Shown here one piece after another: positions 19,801 through 29,825 of a stretch of 48,325 nucleotides of DNA (position 1 is its first letter; the number at the start of each line of letters is the position of its first letter). A program made the translations under genes and the position numbers. The notes under the pieces are model-generated. The model saw only the letters and a program-made list of their open reading frames with translations, searched no databases and was not told the origin of the DNA. The DNA comes from Dehalococcoidia bacterium (GTDB taxonomy: Bacteria; Chloroflexota; Dehalococcoidia; GIF9; AB-539-J10), in the NCBI GenBank assembly GCA_021160725.1, contig JAGHCA010000043.1, positions 1 to 48,325 on the forward strand. The letters run 5' to 3'.

Positions 19801-20328
19801 ATGGTTAATGGAGAATGGTATTTATTGTATGTCTCTTCAGGTCATGAGGAGCAGGCTAAGAGGAATTTAGAGCAACGTATCAAATATATGGATGCGGGTG
19901 ATAAGATATTTAATGTGGTGATACCCACAACAAAAGAGATTGAAATCAAAGCTGGAAAGCGGCATACAATGACTAAGAAAGCTTTCCCAGGTTATATCAT
20001 GGTGAACATGAAATTAGACGAACATAGCTGGGATATGGTACGTAATACCCCTGGCGTTGCAGGATTTGTAAATGCCGGTGTTAAACCTGTTCCTCTACCC
20101 GAACATGAGGCGAGTGCTATCTTGCAACGCATGGAAGAAGCTCCTACCGAGGTTAAAATGAATTTCAAGGAGGGAGATAGCGTGCGTGTAACAAGTGGGC
20201 CTTTTATTGACTTTATCGGCAAAGTGGAGCAAGTGAACCTGAACAAAGGTAAGGCGATAGTTTTGCTATCAATCTTCGGCCGGGAAACGCCTGTAGAATT
20301 GGACCTCTTGGGGGTAGAAAAAATATAG
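19801..20328 (+). CDS. nusG: transcription termination/antitermination factor NusG
   Basis: NGN domain (WYLLYVSSGHEEQAK) and KOW domain (GDSVRVTSGPFIDFIGKVEQV). Confidence 0.92.
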   Translation: MVNGEWYLLYVSSGHEEQAKRNLEQRIKYMDAGDKIFNVVIPTTKEIEIKAGKRHTMTKKAFPGYIMVNMKLDEHSWDMVRNTPGVAGFVNAGVKPVPLPEHEASAILQRMEEAPTEVKMNFKEGDSVRVTSGPFIDFIGKVEQVNLNKGKAIVLLSIFGRETPVELDLLGVEKI

Positions 20329-20376
20329 TGTGCCCCGATTAGATGTTCAGAAAATTAATGAAAGAGAGAATCGGCA

Positions 20377-20799
20377 ATGGCGAAGAAAGTTAAAGCGGTT
20401 ATTAAGTTGCAGATACCCGCAGGTCAAGCTACTCCTGCACCCCCCGTCGGGCCTGCTTTAGGGCAACATGGGATTAATATTATGGCTTTTTGTAAGGAAT
20501 ACAATGAGCGAACTTCCTCTCAAGAAGGTTTCATCGTTCCTGCTGAGATAACTGTATATGCGGATCGGTCTTTTAGCTTTGTGACCAAGATGCCACCTGC
20601 TTCTGATCTATTACGACGTGCTTTGGGAGTGGAAAAGGGTAGCGGAAATCCTGTGAGCGAGAAAGTAGGGAAGATAAGCAAAGATAAACTTTATGAGATC
20701 GCACGAAACAAAATGAAGGATCTCAATACGACTGATATTGATAAGGCAGCTAGCATTGTTGCCGGCACGGCTCGGAGCATGGGAGTTGAGATAGAATGA
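20377..20799 (+). CDS. rplK: 50S ribosomal protein L11
   Basis: [34 protein letters not shown] signature. Confidence 0.95.
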   Translation: MAKKVKAVIKLQIPAGQATPAPPVGPALGQHGINIMAFCKEYNERTSSQEGFIVPAEITVYADRSFSFVTKMPPASDLLRRALGVEKGSGNPVSEKVGKISKDKLYEIARNKMKDLNTTDIDKAASIVAGTARSMGVEIE

Positions 20800-20842
20800 T
20801 TTTGAGTTCTCAAAAATTGTAGGATTTTGAAGGTATAAGTAA

Positions 20843-21565
20843 ATGGCAAAACATGGTAAGAAATACCAGGAAGCTAGTAAGCTTCTAGATAAATCGAAAT
20901 CTTATTCACCTGAAGAAGCAATCGAGTTAGCTAAAAAGGCTTCCTACGCTAGATTTGATGAAACAGTTGAACTCCATTTGAAGATGGGAGTCAATCCACG
21001 TAGTGCTGATCAACAGGTGCGTGGTGTAGTTCTACTGCCTAATGGGCTGGGGAAAAAGACTCGGGTGCTTGTCTTTACTCAAGGTGAAGGGATAAAGTTG
21101 GCACAGGAAGCAGGCGCTGATTATGCCGGAGCGGATGAACTTATTAAGCAAATAGAAGGTGGCTGGCTTGAATTTGATGTGTCTATTGCCACTCCTGATA
21201 TGATGCCCAAAGTAGCCAAGCTCGGTCGTATTTTGGGGAGGCGGGGATTGATGCCTAATCCCAAGGCTGGAACTGTAGTCCCCCCTCAGGACTTGCCTCG
21301 AGTTATAAATGAAGCTCGTAAAGGTAGAACTGAATTTCGTTTGGATAGAACAGCCATCATCCATTTGCCTATCGGAAAAATCAGCTTTGATAAAGACAAA
21401 CTCATAGAGAACCTAGCAGCGGTAGTGGAAGCCATTGTTAAAGCAAAGCCCAGTGGAGCTAAGGGGCAATATATCAGAAGTGCTTCCCTGTCCACTAGCA
21501 TGGGGCCGGGATTCAATCTGGATATTACATCTCTGTTGGCTGTGTCAGGTCTTTTAGGCAGGTAA
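20843..21565 (+). CDS. rplA: 50S ribosomal protein L1
   Basis: Typical L1 sequence ([24 protein letters not shown]). Follows rplK. Confidence 0.93.
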   Translation: MAKHGKKYQEASKLLDKSKSYSPEEAIELAKKASYARFDETVELHLKMGVNPRSADQQVRGVVLLPNGLGKKTRVLVFTQGEGIKLAQEAGADYAGADELIKQIEGGWLEFDVSIATPDMMPKVAKLGRILGRRGLMPNPKAGTVVPPQDLPRVINEARKGRTEFRLDRTAIIHLPIGKISFDKDKLIENLAAVVEAIVKAKPSGAKGQYIRSASLSTSMGPGFNLDITSLLAVSGLLGR

Positions 21566-21592
21566 TTCAGTCCAGGCTGTAATGCACCCTCC

Positions 21593-21853
21593 ATCTATAT
21601 CTCCGTACATCACGGCAATACTGAAAAGATTGTCAAGGTAATGGCGAATGCTCTTAATGCCGACTTATTACGGGTGAAGCAAAGGGATACAAGTATGCTT
21701 GAGCAATATGATTTAATCGGTTTTGGCTCAGGGATTTATTTTGGCAAATATCATAAAAGCTTACTGGATTTCGCTGATATACTACCCATGCTTAGAAATA
21801 AAAAACGTTCATTTTTTCGACAACTTGAGTGGGTAAGTGGCTCCTGCCGATGA
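21593..21853 (+). pseudogene. flavodoxin-like protein remnant (no start codon, frame disrupted near 3' end)
   Basis: Frame reads IYISVHHGNTEKIVKVMANALNADLL...YDLIGFGSGIYFGKYHKSLLDFADILP..NKK. The expected KKxFIFSTxG continuation (KKTFIFSTT*) appears only in a shifted frame after an A6 tract. No Met precedes the conserved N-terminal strand. Confidence 0.55.
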
Positions 21854-21907
21854 AGCAATCCTAAAACTCCGGAGCTCGGTAACCCCTCTCCAATTGCAAA
21901 CTTAGTA

Positions 21908-22525
21908 TTAATCCCACCACTTTTTAGCAATAGGCATGGCGATTATTTCTTTTATCTCTAGTCTCTTCGCAGGATCTTTGTCGAATAGAGACGCAGGGTA
22001 GGTAGCTCGAAGTATAATGGCTGTATCCGCTCCTTTTCCCGATCCACCAACACCTATAACATCTTGGTAAGGAGCCACATAACCACAAGAAACTGCGGTC
22101 AAGGCAACATCCACGGCTACTTTCATTCCCTGACCAAAGCAATACAGTGTTTCCTTCACCAGTCGCTCGGGAGAAGTATCGGACCACCTGGCTGCTTCCA
22201 CTACCGAGCTATGGAAAATGTAGGGCACCTTCTCCATGATGGTGACTCCGAAACTTTCTAACTCTTGCCTGAATTCCTGCTTGAGGCAAGGCCATTCCTC
22301 ACCCCATTCCCGCCTGTATGGCGCTTCCGAGACACAAAACAACTCGGCTTTGCCTTTGAGGCTGCGGGCAAACGCAACAGCAGTTTCACCAGAGGTACTA
22401 GCGATGATGACTTGCTTGATTCCGGCAACTTCTAGCCGATGTGAAACGGCTTCGATTACCCCCTGTGTATTTTGTTCTCCCGCTTCGTCGAAGTAATAGA
22501 CTTGTCTTTTGACCATTTTACTCAT
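21908..22525 (-). CDS. pyruvate kinase alpha/beta (PK_C)-domain-like protein, standalone
   Basis: YFDEAGEQNT..., VIIASTSGETA, CFGQGMKVAVDVALTAVSCG and GGSGKGADTAIIL resemble the standalone PK C-terminal-domain family (from memory). Confidence 0.65.
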   Translation of the reverse strand: MSKMVKRQVYYFDEAGEQNTQGVIEAVSHRLEVAGIKQVIIASTSGETAVAFARSLKGKAELFCVSEAPYRREWGEEWPCLKQEFRQELESFGVTIMEKVPYIFHSSVVEAARWSDTSPERLVKETLYCFGQGMKVAVDVALTAVSCGYVAPYQDVIGVGGSGKGADTAIILRATYPASLFDKDPAKRLEIKEIIAMPIAKKWWD

Positions 22526-22898
22526 TGTTCCCCCTCCTGATGGTTATTTTCATTCCAGCGGCAACTTTCTTGAACATAGTAGCATCGCCGTGAATTTTAC
22601 CGAATACAGTGACTGGGCTTGCTGGGCGAATTTCATCTCCATGACTTACAGGAGTAGGTCCGAAGAAGATGCAAAGGGCATCACCTTCAGGCCAATAGCC
22701 CAGCTCGCCGATGTGTACAATCTCTTGCCCGGTCTCTAGCCCAATGCTGAGAGGAATCGAGAAATATATTTCGTCTCCCCAAAGATTGGCGCGACTTTCA
22801 ATCGGCAGTATTTCCCAGATTGCCTGAGCTGTCCTGGTATCATTCAGCTCCGCCTCTGCTTCAATCGCTCCTGCTTTTATATGAATTTTCTTTCCCAT
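22518..22898 (-). CDS. cyclophilin-like fold protein (TM1367 / PF04126-like)
   Basis: ANLWGDEIYFSIP...IGELGYWPEGDALCIFFGPTPVS...PASPVTVFGKI closely parallels the TM1367 family sequence as I recall it. 8-nt overlap with the downstream gene. Confidence 0.75.
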   Translation of the reverse strand: MGKKIHIKAGAIEAEAELNDTRTAQAIWEILPIESRANLWGDEIYFSIPLSIGLETGQEIVHIGELGYWPEGDALCIFFGPTPVSHGDEIRPASPVTVFGKIHGDATMFKKVAAGMKITIRRGNNE

Positions 22899-23337
22899 CG
22901 TTTTTGCCCTCCTCAGTAAGCTGGGGCGTCGGTTAAGACTGTTTCACAAAATCTCATATCCCCGGAAATAAGCTTAATCCCGTTTCCGTGCAGCAGTGTT
23001 GCTGTAACTCCGCTACCTACCTGAGGCCGGCTTTCCTTGAGAACAAGCCATTGTACATCCTGCCACAGCAACAAGAATGACTTCCCGCTTTACCAATGAA
23101 TTCTGTTATACCAAACAACCTCGGCTATTTGCAACGTTTCCTCAGCCCTGTGGACAAACTGTGCTGTTACATCCTTGCCTTTACTATGGACGACGCAACT
23201 TTTGCTGCTGAGAGCACTCTTCCTTTTGCCATCCTGAATCTCCTAAAGATGGTGAGGCAAAACTTTTTTGAGCAGCGTTCAGGGATACAACCGGTTGCTT
23301 TCCTCAGAAAAACCATTATAATGCTAATCTACAAAAA

Positions 23338-24288
23338 ATGCCCAACAATATCAAAGCTATCGGACTCCTCTCGGGTGGCCTTGACTCTGTACTAGCTTTA
23401 AAACTGGTTAAAGACCAGAATGTAGAGGTGATAGCGGTACATTTCTTGTTGCCTTTTGCTGATGACAAGCAGGACTATGCTGGATATCTAGCCAGTCAAC
23501 TGGGTACGCCTCTTATCAAAGTGAAGGCTGCTGAAGATTATATAGAATTGGTAAGGCATCCTTCTCATGGTCGTGGCAGTGGAATGAACCCGTGCATTGA
23601 CTGTCGGATTTATATGCTCCGTCAATCCTGGCAAGTTGCTCAGCAAATCGGAGCTCGTTTTCTCGTCACTGGCGACGTTCTAGGGCAAAGACCTATGACT
23701 CAACGCCGAGGCAAACTAGCAGTTGAAGAGAAAGAATCTGGACTAGAAAAGCTTATTTTGCGCCCACTTTCCTCGAAGCTCCTTCCCAAGACTTTGCCTG
23801 AGGAAGAGGGGTGGGTGGATAGGGAACGGTTCCTGGCACTAGAGGGCAGAAGCCGCAAACCACAACTGGCATTGGCACGCGAGTTAGGCATTCAAGGTTA
23901 CCGCACGCCAGGTGGAGGATGCCTTTTAACCAACAAGGAAATTTCCTTTCGACTCCAAGAACTTTTCCGCCGGTACCAGGCGGTCACGGAAAAAGACATC
24001 GCGTTGCTCAAAATAGGCAGGCATTTCTTTCTCTCAGAAGCCCATATTATTGTAGGGCGGAATGAGAAAGAAAACCATCAGCTTCTAGAGCTGAGACGGC
24101 CAGACGACCAAGTCTTTGAAGTTGTCGGCCATCGCGGCCCGACGACTATCCTTCGTGGCGCCAAAACAAAGGAAGCTGTAGAATTCGCTACTCAGCTCAC
24201 AGCACGCTATTCTAAACAACGCTCATCTGTGCAGCCTGCAGAGCATTTAGTCATAAGTTCACAATTCAATTTGCCTCCTGAAAACTAG
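23338..24288 (+). CDS. PP-loop ATP pyrophosphatase family protein, tRNA sulfurtransferase-like (ThiI/MnmA-related)
   Basis: SGGLDS PP-loop at the N-terminus, NPCIDCRIYM, GGGCLLT motif. Confidence 0.6.
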   Translation: MPNNIKAIGLLSGGLDSVLALKLVKDQNVEVIAVHFLLPFADDKQDYAGYLASQLGTPLIKVKAAEDYIELVRHPSHGRGSGMNPCIDCRIYMLRQSWQVAQQIGARFLVTGDVLGQRPMTQRRGKLAVEEKESGLEKLILRPLSSKLLPKTLPEEEGWVDRERFLALEGRSRKPQLALARELGIQGYRTPGGGCLLTNKEISFRLQELFRRYQAVTEKDIALLKIGRHFFLSEAHIIVGRNEKENHQLLELRRPDDQVFEVVGHRGPTTILRGAKTKEAVEFATQLTARYSKQRSSVQPAEHLVISSQFNLPPEN

Positions 24289-24407
24289 TAAAACAGGTGA
24301 CTGGCGTGATGTTCTTGTATTCCGTGGCAAGGTAGGATACCATTTCTATTTGAACGTGCTGTACTTGAAATACGTGGCGAAATCAAATTTCGATTGGGAG
24401 AGAGAAG

Positions 24408-25982
24408 ATGAAAATAGCTAAAGTGGACGAAATGAAAGACCTGGACAGGCGTGCTATAGAGGAGTTTGGCATCTCAGAAGACCTCTTGATGGAGAATGCC
24501 GGGCAGGCAGTATATTTTGTTATATTGCAAGAATTCGGTATAAAGGACAACAAATTTGTTATCCTGTGCGGTGGCGGTAACAATGGTGGAGACGGGTTGG
24601 TTGTTGCCAGGAAGATTCACTCCAATGGTGGTGAAGCAAAAGTCTTGCTTTTGGGCAATGAAACTAAATTTAGAGGTGCAGCAAAAAAGAACTTTGAAAT
24701 AGTATCCAAGATGCCAATAGAAATCCTCAGGGTTAATTCAATTGACTCCATAATATTCGAGGTTCTTGATGCCGATGCCATCGTGGACGCTATATTTGGT
24801 ACAGGCCTTACCAGGGAAGTCAGCGGGCTATACAAAGATGCCATCCAACTGATAAATGAGAGCCAAGTAACAGTATTTAGCGTTGATATTCCTTCAGGCA
24901 TAAATGGCGATACCGGGGAGGTGATGGGTGTGGCAGTCAAGGCAGATTACACCGTGACTTTCGGGCTTCCCAAGCTGGGGAATATACTTTATCCCGGGTA
25001 TGAACACTGTGGAAAGTTGTATGCTTCTCACATATCTTTTCCACCTGCCCTCTATAATTCCCCTGCCATAAAGGTAGCAATCAATAATCCCGTAGAGCTT
25101 CCGGAGAGAGCCAGAGATACCTACAAGGGAAGCTATGGAAAAGCTCTCTTTATTGCCGGCTCTTCAGGTTACTTTGGTGCACCATATTTTTCAGCGTTGT
25201 CTTTTCTTAAAGCAGGAGGTGGGCTTTCCTACCTGGCAACACCCAAATCTATTTCACCATCCATAGCCAGCAAGGGAAGCGAGATTGTCTTTATTCCTCA
25301 GAAAGAGACGCTTTCAGGAAGCATAGCACTGGAAAACAAGGACGAGCTCTTAGAATTCTCCCAAACGGTGGATATGGTAATTCTGGGTCCCGGTCTTTCT
25401 TTAGCCAGTGAGACACGAGAGCTGGTACGGCAGCTAATCCCCAATATTAACAAACCTCTGCTCATAGATGGTGACGGAATTACTGCCATTGCTGAAGACT
25501 TAGGGAAAATAAAAAACAGGAAAGCGCCAACGATACTTACGCCCCATCTGGGTGAGATGTCCAGAATTACCAAACTGGAGATAAGTGAGTTAAATAAGAA
25601 CAAGATAGACGTTTTACAACACACGACAAGAGAACTGAATGCCATAATTATTTTAAAAGGAGCCCATTCCCTCATAGGCTATCCCGATGGAACTATTTTC
25701 ATCAACACAAGCGGCAACTCTGGTATGGCCACGGCAGGGAGCGGCGATGTCCTGACAGGAACTATCGCGGCAATGTACTGTCTGGGACTATCCCTTGAAG
25801 ATGCGGCGAGGATGGGCGTATTTATCCACGGATTTTCCGGCGATGTTGCTGCCGTAGATAAAGGTGAGGACGGCATAACAGCGCAGGACATACTGGACTC
25901 TCTCCCCGAAACAATGAAGCTCTACAGAGATAATTTTGCCGAAATTTCGGAAAATCTTTACGATAGTATTTTTATGGTGTAG
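24408..25982 (+). CDS. nnr: bifunctional NAD(P)H-hydrate epimerase / ADP-dependent dehydratase
   Basis: YjeF_N (GGGNNGGDG) fused to a carbohydrate-kinase-like C-terminal domain (GSGDVLTG). Confidence 0.88.
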   Translation: MKIAKVDEMKDLDRRAIEEFGISEDLLMENAGQAVYFVILQEFGIKDNKFVILCGGGNNGGDGLVVARKIHSNGGEAKVLLLGNETKFRGAAKKNFEIVSKMPIEILRVNSIDSIIFEVLDADAIVDAIFGTGLTREVSGLYKDAIQLINESQVTVFSVDIPSGINGDTGEVMGVAVKADYTVTFGLPKLGNILYPGYEHCGKLYASHISFPPALYNSPAIKVAINNPVELPERARDTYKGSYGKALFIAGSSGYFGAPYFSALSFLKAGGGLSYLATPKSISPSIASKGSEIVFIPQKETLSGSIALENKDELLEFSQTVDMVILGPGLSLASETRELVRQLIPNINKPLLIDGDGITAIAEDLGKIKNRKAPTILTPHLGEMSRITKLEISELNKNKIDVLQHTTRELNAIIILKGAHSLIGYPDGTIFINTSGNSGMATAGSGDVLTGTIAAMYCLGLSLEDAARMGVFIHGFSGDVAAVDKGEDGITAQDILDSLPETMKLYRDNFAEISENLYDSIFMV

Positions 25983-26069
25983 GAAGCTGTCAGAAATTCC
26001 TCTACTTGTGGGGGATGGCTCATAAGAAAAAGATTGCTTTCCCGGCAACTTTAATTTATAGGAGAGATT

Positions 26070-26729
26070 ATGAATGGGAATTGTTCAAAATGGCAGCAAT
26101 GCGAGGCGTTTAAGAAGCGAAAAGATTGCTTTGGTTGCAGCTACCAGCACTTTGAGCCACTTCTAAAGGCTCAAGGGAGTAAGGGGTTCCTGAAGGATGT
26201 GGGAGATAAGCTTTTTGATGCGAGCTCAAAAAGAATGGGACGGGGGGGCAGGATAGACAAACCAATAAGAGAAGCAATATCCCAATTGTTTATAAAGGAG
26301 TTAGAGGAATTCAAGATTAGAGAACTTCCTAACAAAGAACTTAACGGGCAGATCGTTAATATTGGAGAGGAACTCAAGGTCAAAAGTGACGGTGCATTCC
26401 AAGTTCAAATTCGAGGTAAGACTGTGTATATCTTCTACGAAGTAAAGGGTTATGGTGATAACTCCAATGATATATTGTCGGCTATTACGGCAGCTCACTT
26501 AGTGAAGGAGATGCCCAAATTTGAACATTCTCTCTATTACTACATTGGTGTGAACTCGAGCAGAGACAAAAGTGGTTTCACCAGGAAATCACTCAGTAAG
26601 GGAATTAAGCCTTATATTAAGTGGGCAGAAAGCAAGGAGTTTCTGTGGTTTTACGGCATAGTTGAGGTCGATGAGCTTCTTACAGATATTGGGAAAAGGT
26701 TAACAAGTTGGCAAGTGAGGAAAAAATGA
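26070..26729 (+). CDS. hypothetical protein; N-terminal Cys4 cluster plus PD-(D/E)xK nuclease-like core
   Basis: C5/C11/C20/C23 at the N-terminus. SDGAFQV...(13 aa)...FYEVKG resembles a D...ExK restriction-endonuclease-fold motif. Its stop overlaps the ATG of the next gene (ATGA). Confidence 0.5.
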   Translation: MNGNCSKWQQCEAFKKRKDCFGCSYQHFEPLLKAQGSKGFLKDVGDKLFDASSKRMGRGGRIDKPIREAISQLFIKELEEFKIRELPNKELNGQIVNIGEELKVKSDGAFQVQIRGKTVYIFYEVKGYGDNSNDILSAITAAHLVKEMPKFEHSLYYYIGVNSSRDKSGFTRKSLSKGIKPYIKWAESKEFLWFYGIVEVDELLTDIGKRLTSWQVRKK

Positions 26730-27742
26730 AAGCGATGGTGCTTGAGAAAATCTCTGCGATTGAAGAAAAACCTCTGAGGCTGGTGGATTTGCCTGAACCT
26801 GCTCCCGGCCAAGGTCAAATTCTGGTCAGAGTCACTGCCTGCGGAGTCTGTCACACCGAGCTTGACGAAATTGAAGGCCGGGTTGCCCCTTCCAGATTTC
26901 CCATGATTCTGGGTCATGAAATTGTTGGTAGGGTAGAAGCCTTGGGGCTGGGAGCAAGCAAATTCAAAAAAGGCGATAGAGTGGGGATTGCCTGGATTAA
27001 TTGGGCTTGCGGCCGTTGTTCCTTTTGCTTTAAAGGTGAGGAAAATCTCTGTGGTATGGCAAAATGGACGGGTAAGGATGCCCACGGAGGCTATGCTCAA
27101 TATACCGTAGTATCAGAGGATTTTGCCTATTCAATTCCCAAAAGCTTTACCGATGTGAAAGCTGCCCCTCTGTTATGTGCTGGGGTGATTGGCTACCGTG
27201 CCTTAAGACTCTCAGGGATGGAGGATGGCAAAGTGCTTGGGCTCTATGGCTTTGGAGCCTCTGCCCATATCGTTATCCAGGTGGCTGAATATAAATACCC
27301 CGACGGCAAAATTTTTGTCTTTACCCGACCCCACCAGAAAGAGCACCAGAATTTAGCCAAGGAATTGGGGGCGGACTGGATTGGTGCTACAGACGATACT
27401 CCCCCGGAAAAGCTCGACTGTGCCATTGACTTTACCCCTGTAGGAGTGCCGGTGCGTGAAGCTTTAAGGAATTTGCAAAAGGGAGGGAGAGTGGTCATAA
27501 ATGCCATTCGCAAGATAACGCCTATTCCGGAGTTAGACTACACCGAGCATCTCTGGTATGAGAAAGAATTGAAAAGTGTGGCTAATGTCACCAGAAGGGA
27601 TGCTCAGGAATTTCTTCCCCTGGCTGCCGCAATTCCCATTATCCCTGAAACCCAAGAATTTAAACTGGAAGAGGCCAACGAAGCCTTGATTCTGCTCAAA
27701 GAAGGGAAAATGCGCGGGGCAGGAGTCCTGAGAACAATTTGA
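26726..27742 (+). CDS. zinc-dependent alcohol dehydrogenase family protein
   Basis: CGVCHTELDEIEG catalytic-Zn motif, the structural-Zn Cys cluster CGRCSFCFKGEENLC, and the GFGASAH Rossmann motif. Start placed at MKAMVLEK with a GAGGA SD. Confidence 0.85.
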   Translation: MKAMVLEKISAIEEKPLRLVDLPEPAPGQGQILVRVTACGVCHTELDEIEGRVAPSRFPMILGHEIVGRVEALGLGASKFKKGDRVGIAWINWACGRCSFCFKGEENLCGMAKWTGKDAHGGYAQYTVVSEDFAYSIPKSFTDVKAAPLLCAGVIGYRALRLSGMEDGKVLGLYGFGASAHIVIQVAEYKYPDGKIFVFTRPHQKEHQNLAKELGADWIGATDDTPPEKLDCAIDFTPVGVPVREALRNLQKGGRVVINAIRKITPIPELDYTEHLWYEKELKSVANVTRRDAQEFLPLAAAIPIIPETQEFKLEEANEALILLKEGKMRGAGVLRTI

Positions 27743-27830
27743 TTTTCTGGTTGCTTCAGCAATCCCTGCAATGTTAACATGATTAGTACAAAATTTTGCA
27801 GTACTACTGCGATCACTTTACGGAGTAAGT

Positions 27831-28400
27831 ATGATACGAGATTTAATATCGAAAAACAGAAGCTATCGGCGGTTTTATCAGGAAGTTGACATAAAACTTG
27901 ATACATTGAAAGAACTTGTTGACCTTGCCCGGCTCTCTGCATCGGCAAGAAATGCACAGCCTCTCAAATATATCCTCTCCTGCCAGCCCCAGAAGAATTC
28001 GCTGATATTCCCGCACCTGGGCTGGGCTGGTTATCTCACCAATTGGCCCGGCCCAAGTGAAGGGGAAAGACCATCAGCATACATTATCATTCTGGGGGAC
28101 ACAGAGATAAGTCAGTCTTTTGGTTGCGACCACGGAATAGCCGCCCAAAGTATCCTGCTGGGAGCGACGGAGAAAGGTTTAGGTGGTTGCATGATTGCCT
28201 CAATAGCAAGGCAAGAGCTGCGTCAAGCCTTAGAAATACCGCCCCGATATGAGATATTGCTTGCCTTGGCTCTGGGCAAACCCAAAGAAACAGTAATGAT
28301 TGAAACGATTGGACCGAATGGAGATACTAAGTACTGGCGGGATAGCAAAGGGATACATCATGTCCCAAAGCGCGCTCTGGATGATATAATCATAGACTAG
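27831..28400 (+). CDS. nitroreductase family protein
   Basis: NRSYRRF, SASARNAQP and GGCMIAS motifs, about 190 aa. Confidence 0.75.
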   Translation: MIRDLISKNRSYRRFYQEVDIKLDTLKELVDLARLSASARNAQPLKYILSCQPQKNSLIFPHLGWAGYLTNWPGPSEGERPSAYIIILGDTEISQSFGCDHGIAAQSILLGATEKGLGGCMIASIARQELRQALEIPPRYEILLALALGKPKETVMIETIGPNGDTKYWRDSKGIHHVPKRALDDIIID

Positions 28401-28494
28401 ATACACCTCGAGTTGTCTTCTGCAGGGTGAACGTGAACTTCAATGGTTTGACAGTGTGCTTAATTGCATCGTTAGTGAGAAAGGCAATAGCATT

Positions 28495-29811
28495 ATGGTG
28501 CGCTATTTTATTTGGACCATCGGCTGTCAGATGAATAAGGCAGAATCCCAGCGAATAGCGGGCTACTTAGATGTTGCTGGCTATCAGGCTGCAGCTTCTT
28601 TTTCCGATGCCGATTTGGTAGTGCTCAATACCTGCGTGGTAAGACAAAGCGCTGAGAATAAGGTTTTAGGCACCCTGGGTTTATTGAAAGGCTTAAAAAA
28701 TGAACATCCCAATCTTCAGATACTGGTTACTGGCTGTTGGGTCAATTCCAACGCCCAAGAATTGAAGAAACGCTTTCCTCACGTTAATTTACTATTCAAG
28801 CCCGGCGATTATCATGAGCTGATTGCCTGGGGACAAAAGCAAGGCATGCTTGTTGAAGAGAGACCTCTTCACTATCCCTTCCCAGCACTCAAGACTTCAA
28901 CTCATTACAATGACGCTCGGATGACTTCCTCGCCATGCACCTTTGTCCCCATCATCCAGGGCTGTGATAATTTTTGCTCATATTGCATTGTCCCTTACAG
29001 GAGAGGAAGGGAAGTGAGTCGCCCTATGGAGGAGATAGTCTATGAAGTGAAGGAGCTGGTGAGACAAGGCATAAAAGAAATAACTTTACTGGGACAGAAT
29101 GTTGATTCCTACGGACATGATTTGCCCAAGCATCCCGACCTCGCTGATTTACTGAACGAATTGAACAACATAGATGGCCTTGTCAGGATTCGCTTTCTGA
29201 CCAATCATCCCAAGGATATAAGCCTGAAGCTAATTGACGCTGTAGCTTCTCTAAACAAGGTTTGTGAGCATCTGGAACTGCCTGTTCAAGCCGGCGATGA
29301 TGATATATTGAAAGCTATGAGGCGAGGGTATAATGTGGAACGCTATAGAGAACTTGTTCACACCATTCGCCGCGAGATATCTCAAATATCTCTGGGAACG
29401 GATATAATCGTCGGCTTTCCTAGCGAAACAGAGGAGCAGTTTGAACATAGTCTATCTCTAGTCAAGGATATAAAGTTTGATGTTGTTCATGTGGCAGCTT
29501 ACTCTCCTCGCCCCGGCACACTTGCCTGGCGGGAATATCAAGATAACATTCCTGCCTCAGTTAAGAAGGATAGACTCAATAAAATTGAGGAACTTCAAAC
29601 GGCTGTAGCTAGCGAGATTAACTCGCAACTCCAGGGCAAAGAGGTAGAGATACTGGTGGAAGGCAGGAAGAAGGGGAAATGGTTTGGACGTACCCGGAGC
29701 AATAAGCTGGTATTCTTTGAAGATGCTGGCGACTGGCTGGGACAGTTAGCAATAATCCGGATTGAAAAAACAAGTCCTTGGTCGCTGAGAGGCAAAGTTA
29801 AAAATAATTAA
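28495..29811 (+). CDS. miaB: tRNA-2-methylthio-N6-dimethylallyladenosine synthase
   Basis: TIGCQMNKAESQ N-terminal cluster, CDNFCSYCIVP radical-SAM motif, C-terminal TRAM domain. Start taken at MVRYF. Confidence 0.85.
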   Translation: MVRYFIWTIGCQMNKAESQRIAGYLDVAGYQAAASFSDADLVVLNTCVVRQSAENKVLGTLGLLKGLKNEHPNLQILVTGCWVNSNAQELKKRFPHVNLLFKPGDYHELIAWGQKQGMLVEERPLHYPFPALKTSTHYNDARMTSSPCTFVPIIQGCDNFCSYCIVPYRRGREVSRPMEEIVYEVKELVRQGIKEITLLGQNVDSYGHDLPKHPDLADLLNELNNIDGLVRIRFLTNHPKDISLKLIDAVASLNKVCEHLELPVQAGDDDILKAMRRGYNVERYRELVHTIRREISQISLGTDIIVGFPSETEEQFEHSLSLVKDIKFDVVHVAAYSPRPGTLAWREYQDNIPASVKKDRLNKIEELQTAVASEINSQLQGKEVEILVEGRKKGKWFGRTRSNKLVFFEDAGDWLGQLAIIRIEKTSPWSLRGKVKNN

Positions 29812-29825
29812 GTAAAGGAGGAAAT

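Noticed and set aside
20915-20923. Extra GAAGCAATC 9-mers (also at 21852-21860) as possible further copies of the pheT/nadC element
   Set aside because: Only the 9-mer matches and the flanking element termini are absent. A 9-mer is expected by chance at roughly this frequency in a window of this size.
23096-23395. 99-aa plus-strand ORF overlapping the start of the PP-loop gene
   Set aside because: No SD and no motif, and it overlaps a well-supported gene in another frame. The region is better explained as an intergenic or decayed minus-strand gene.
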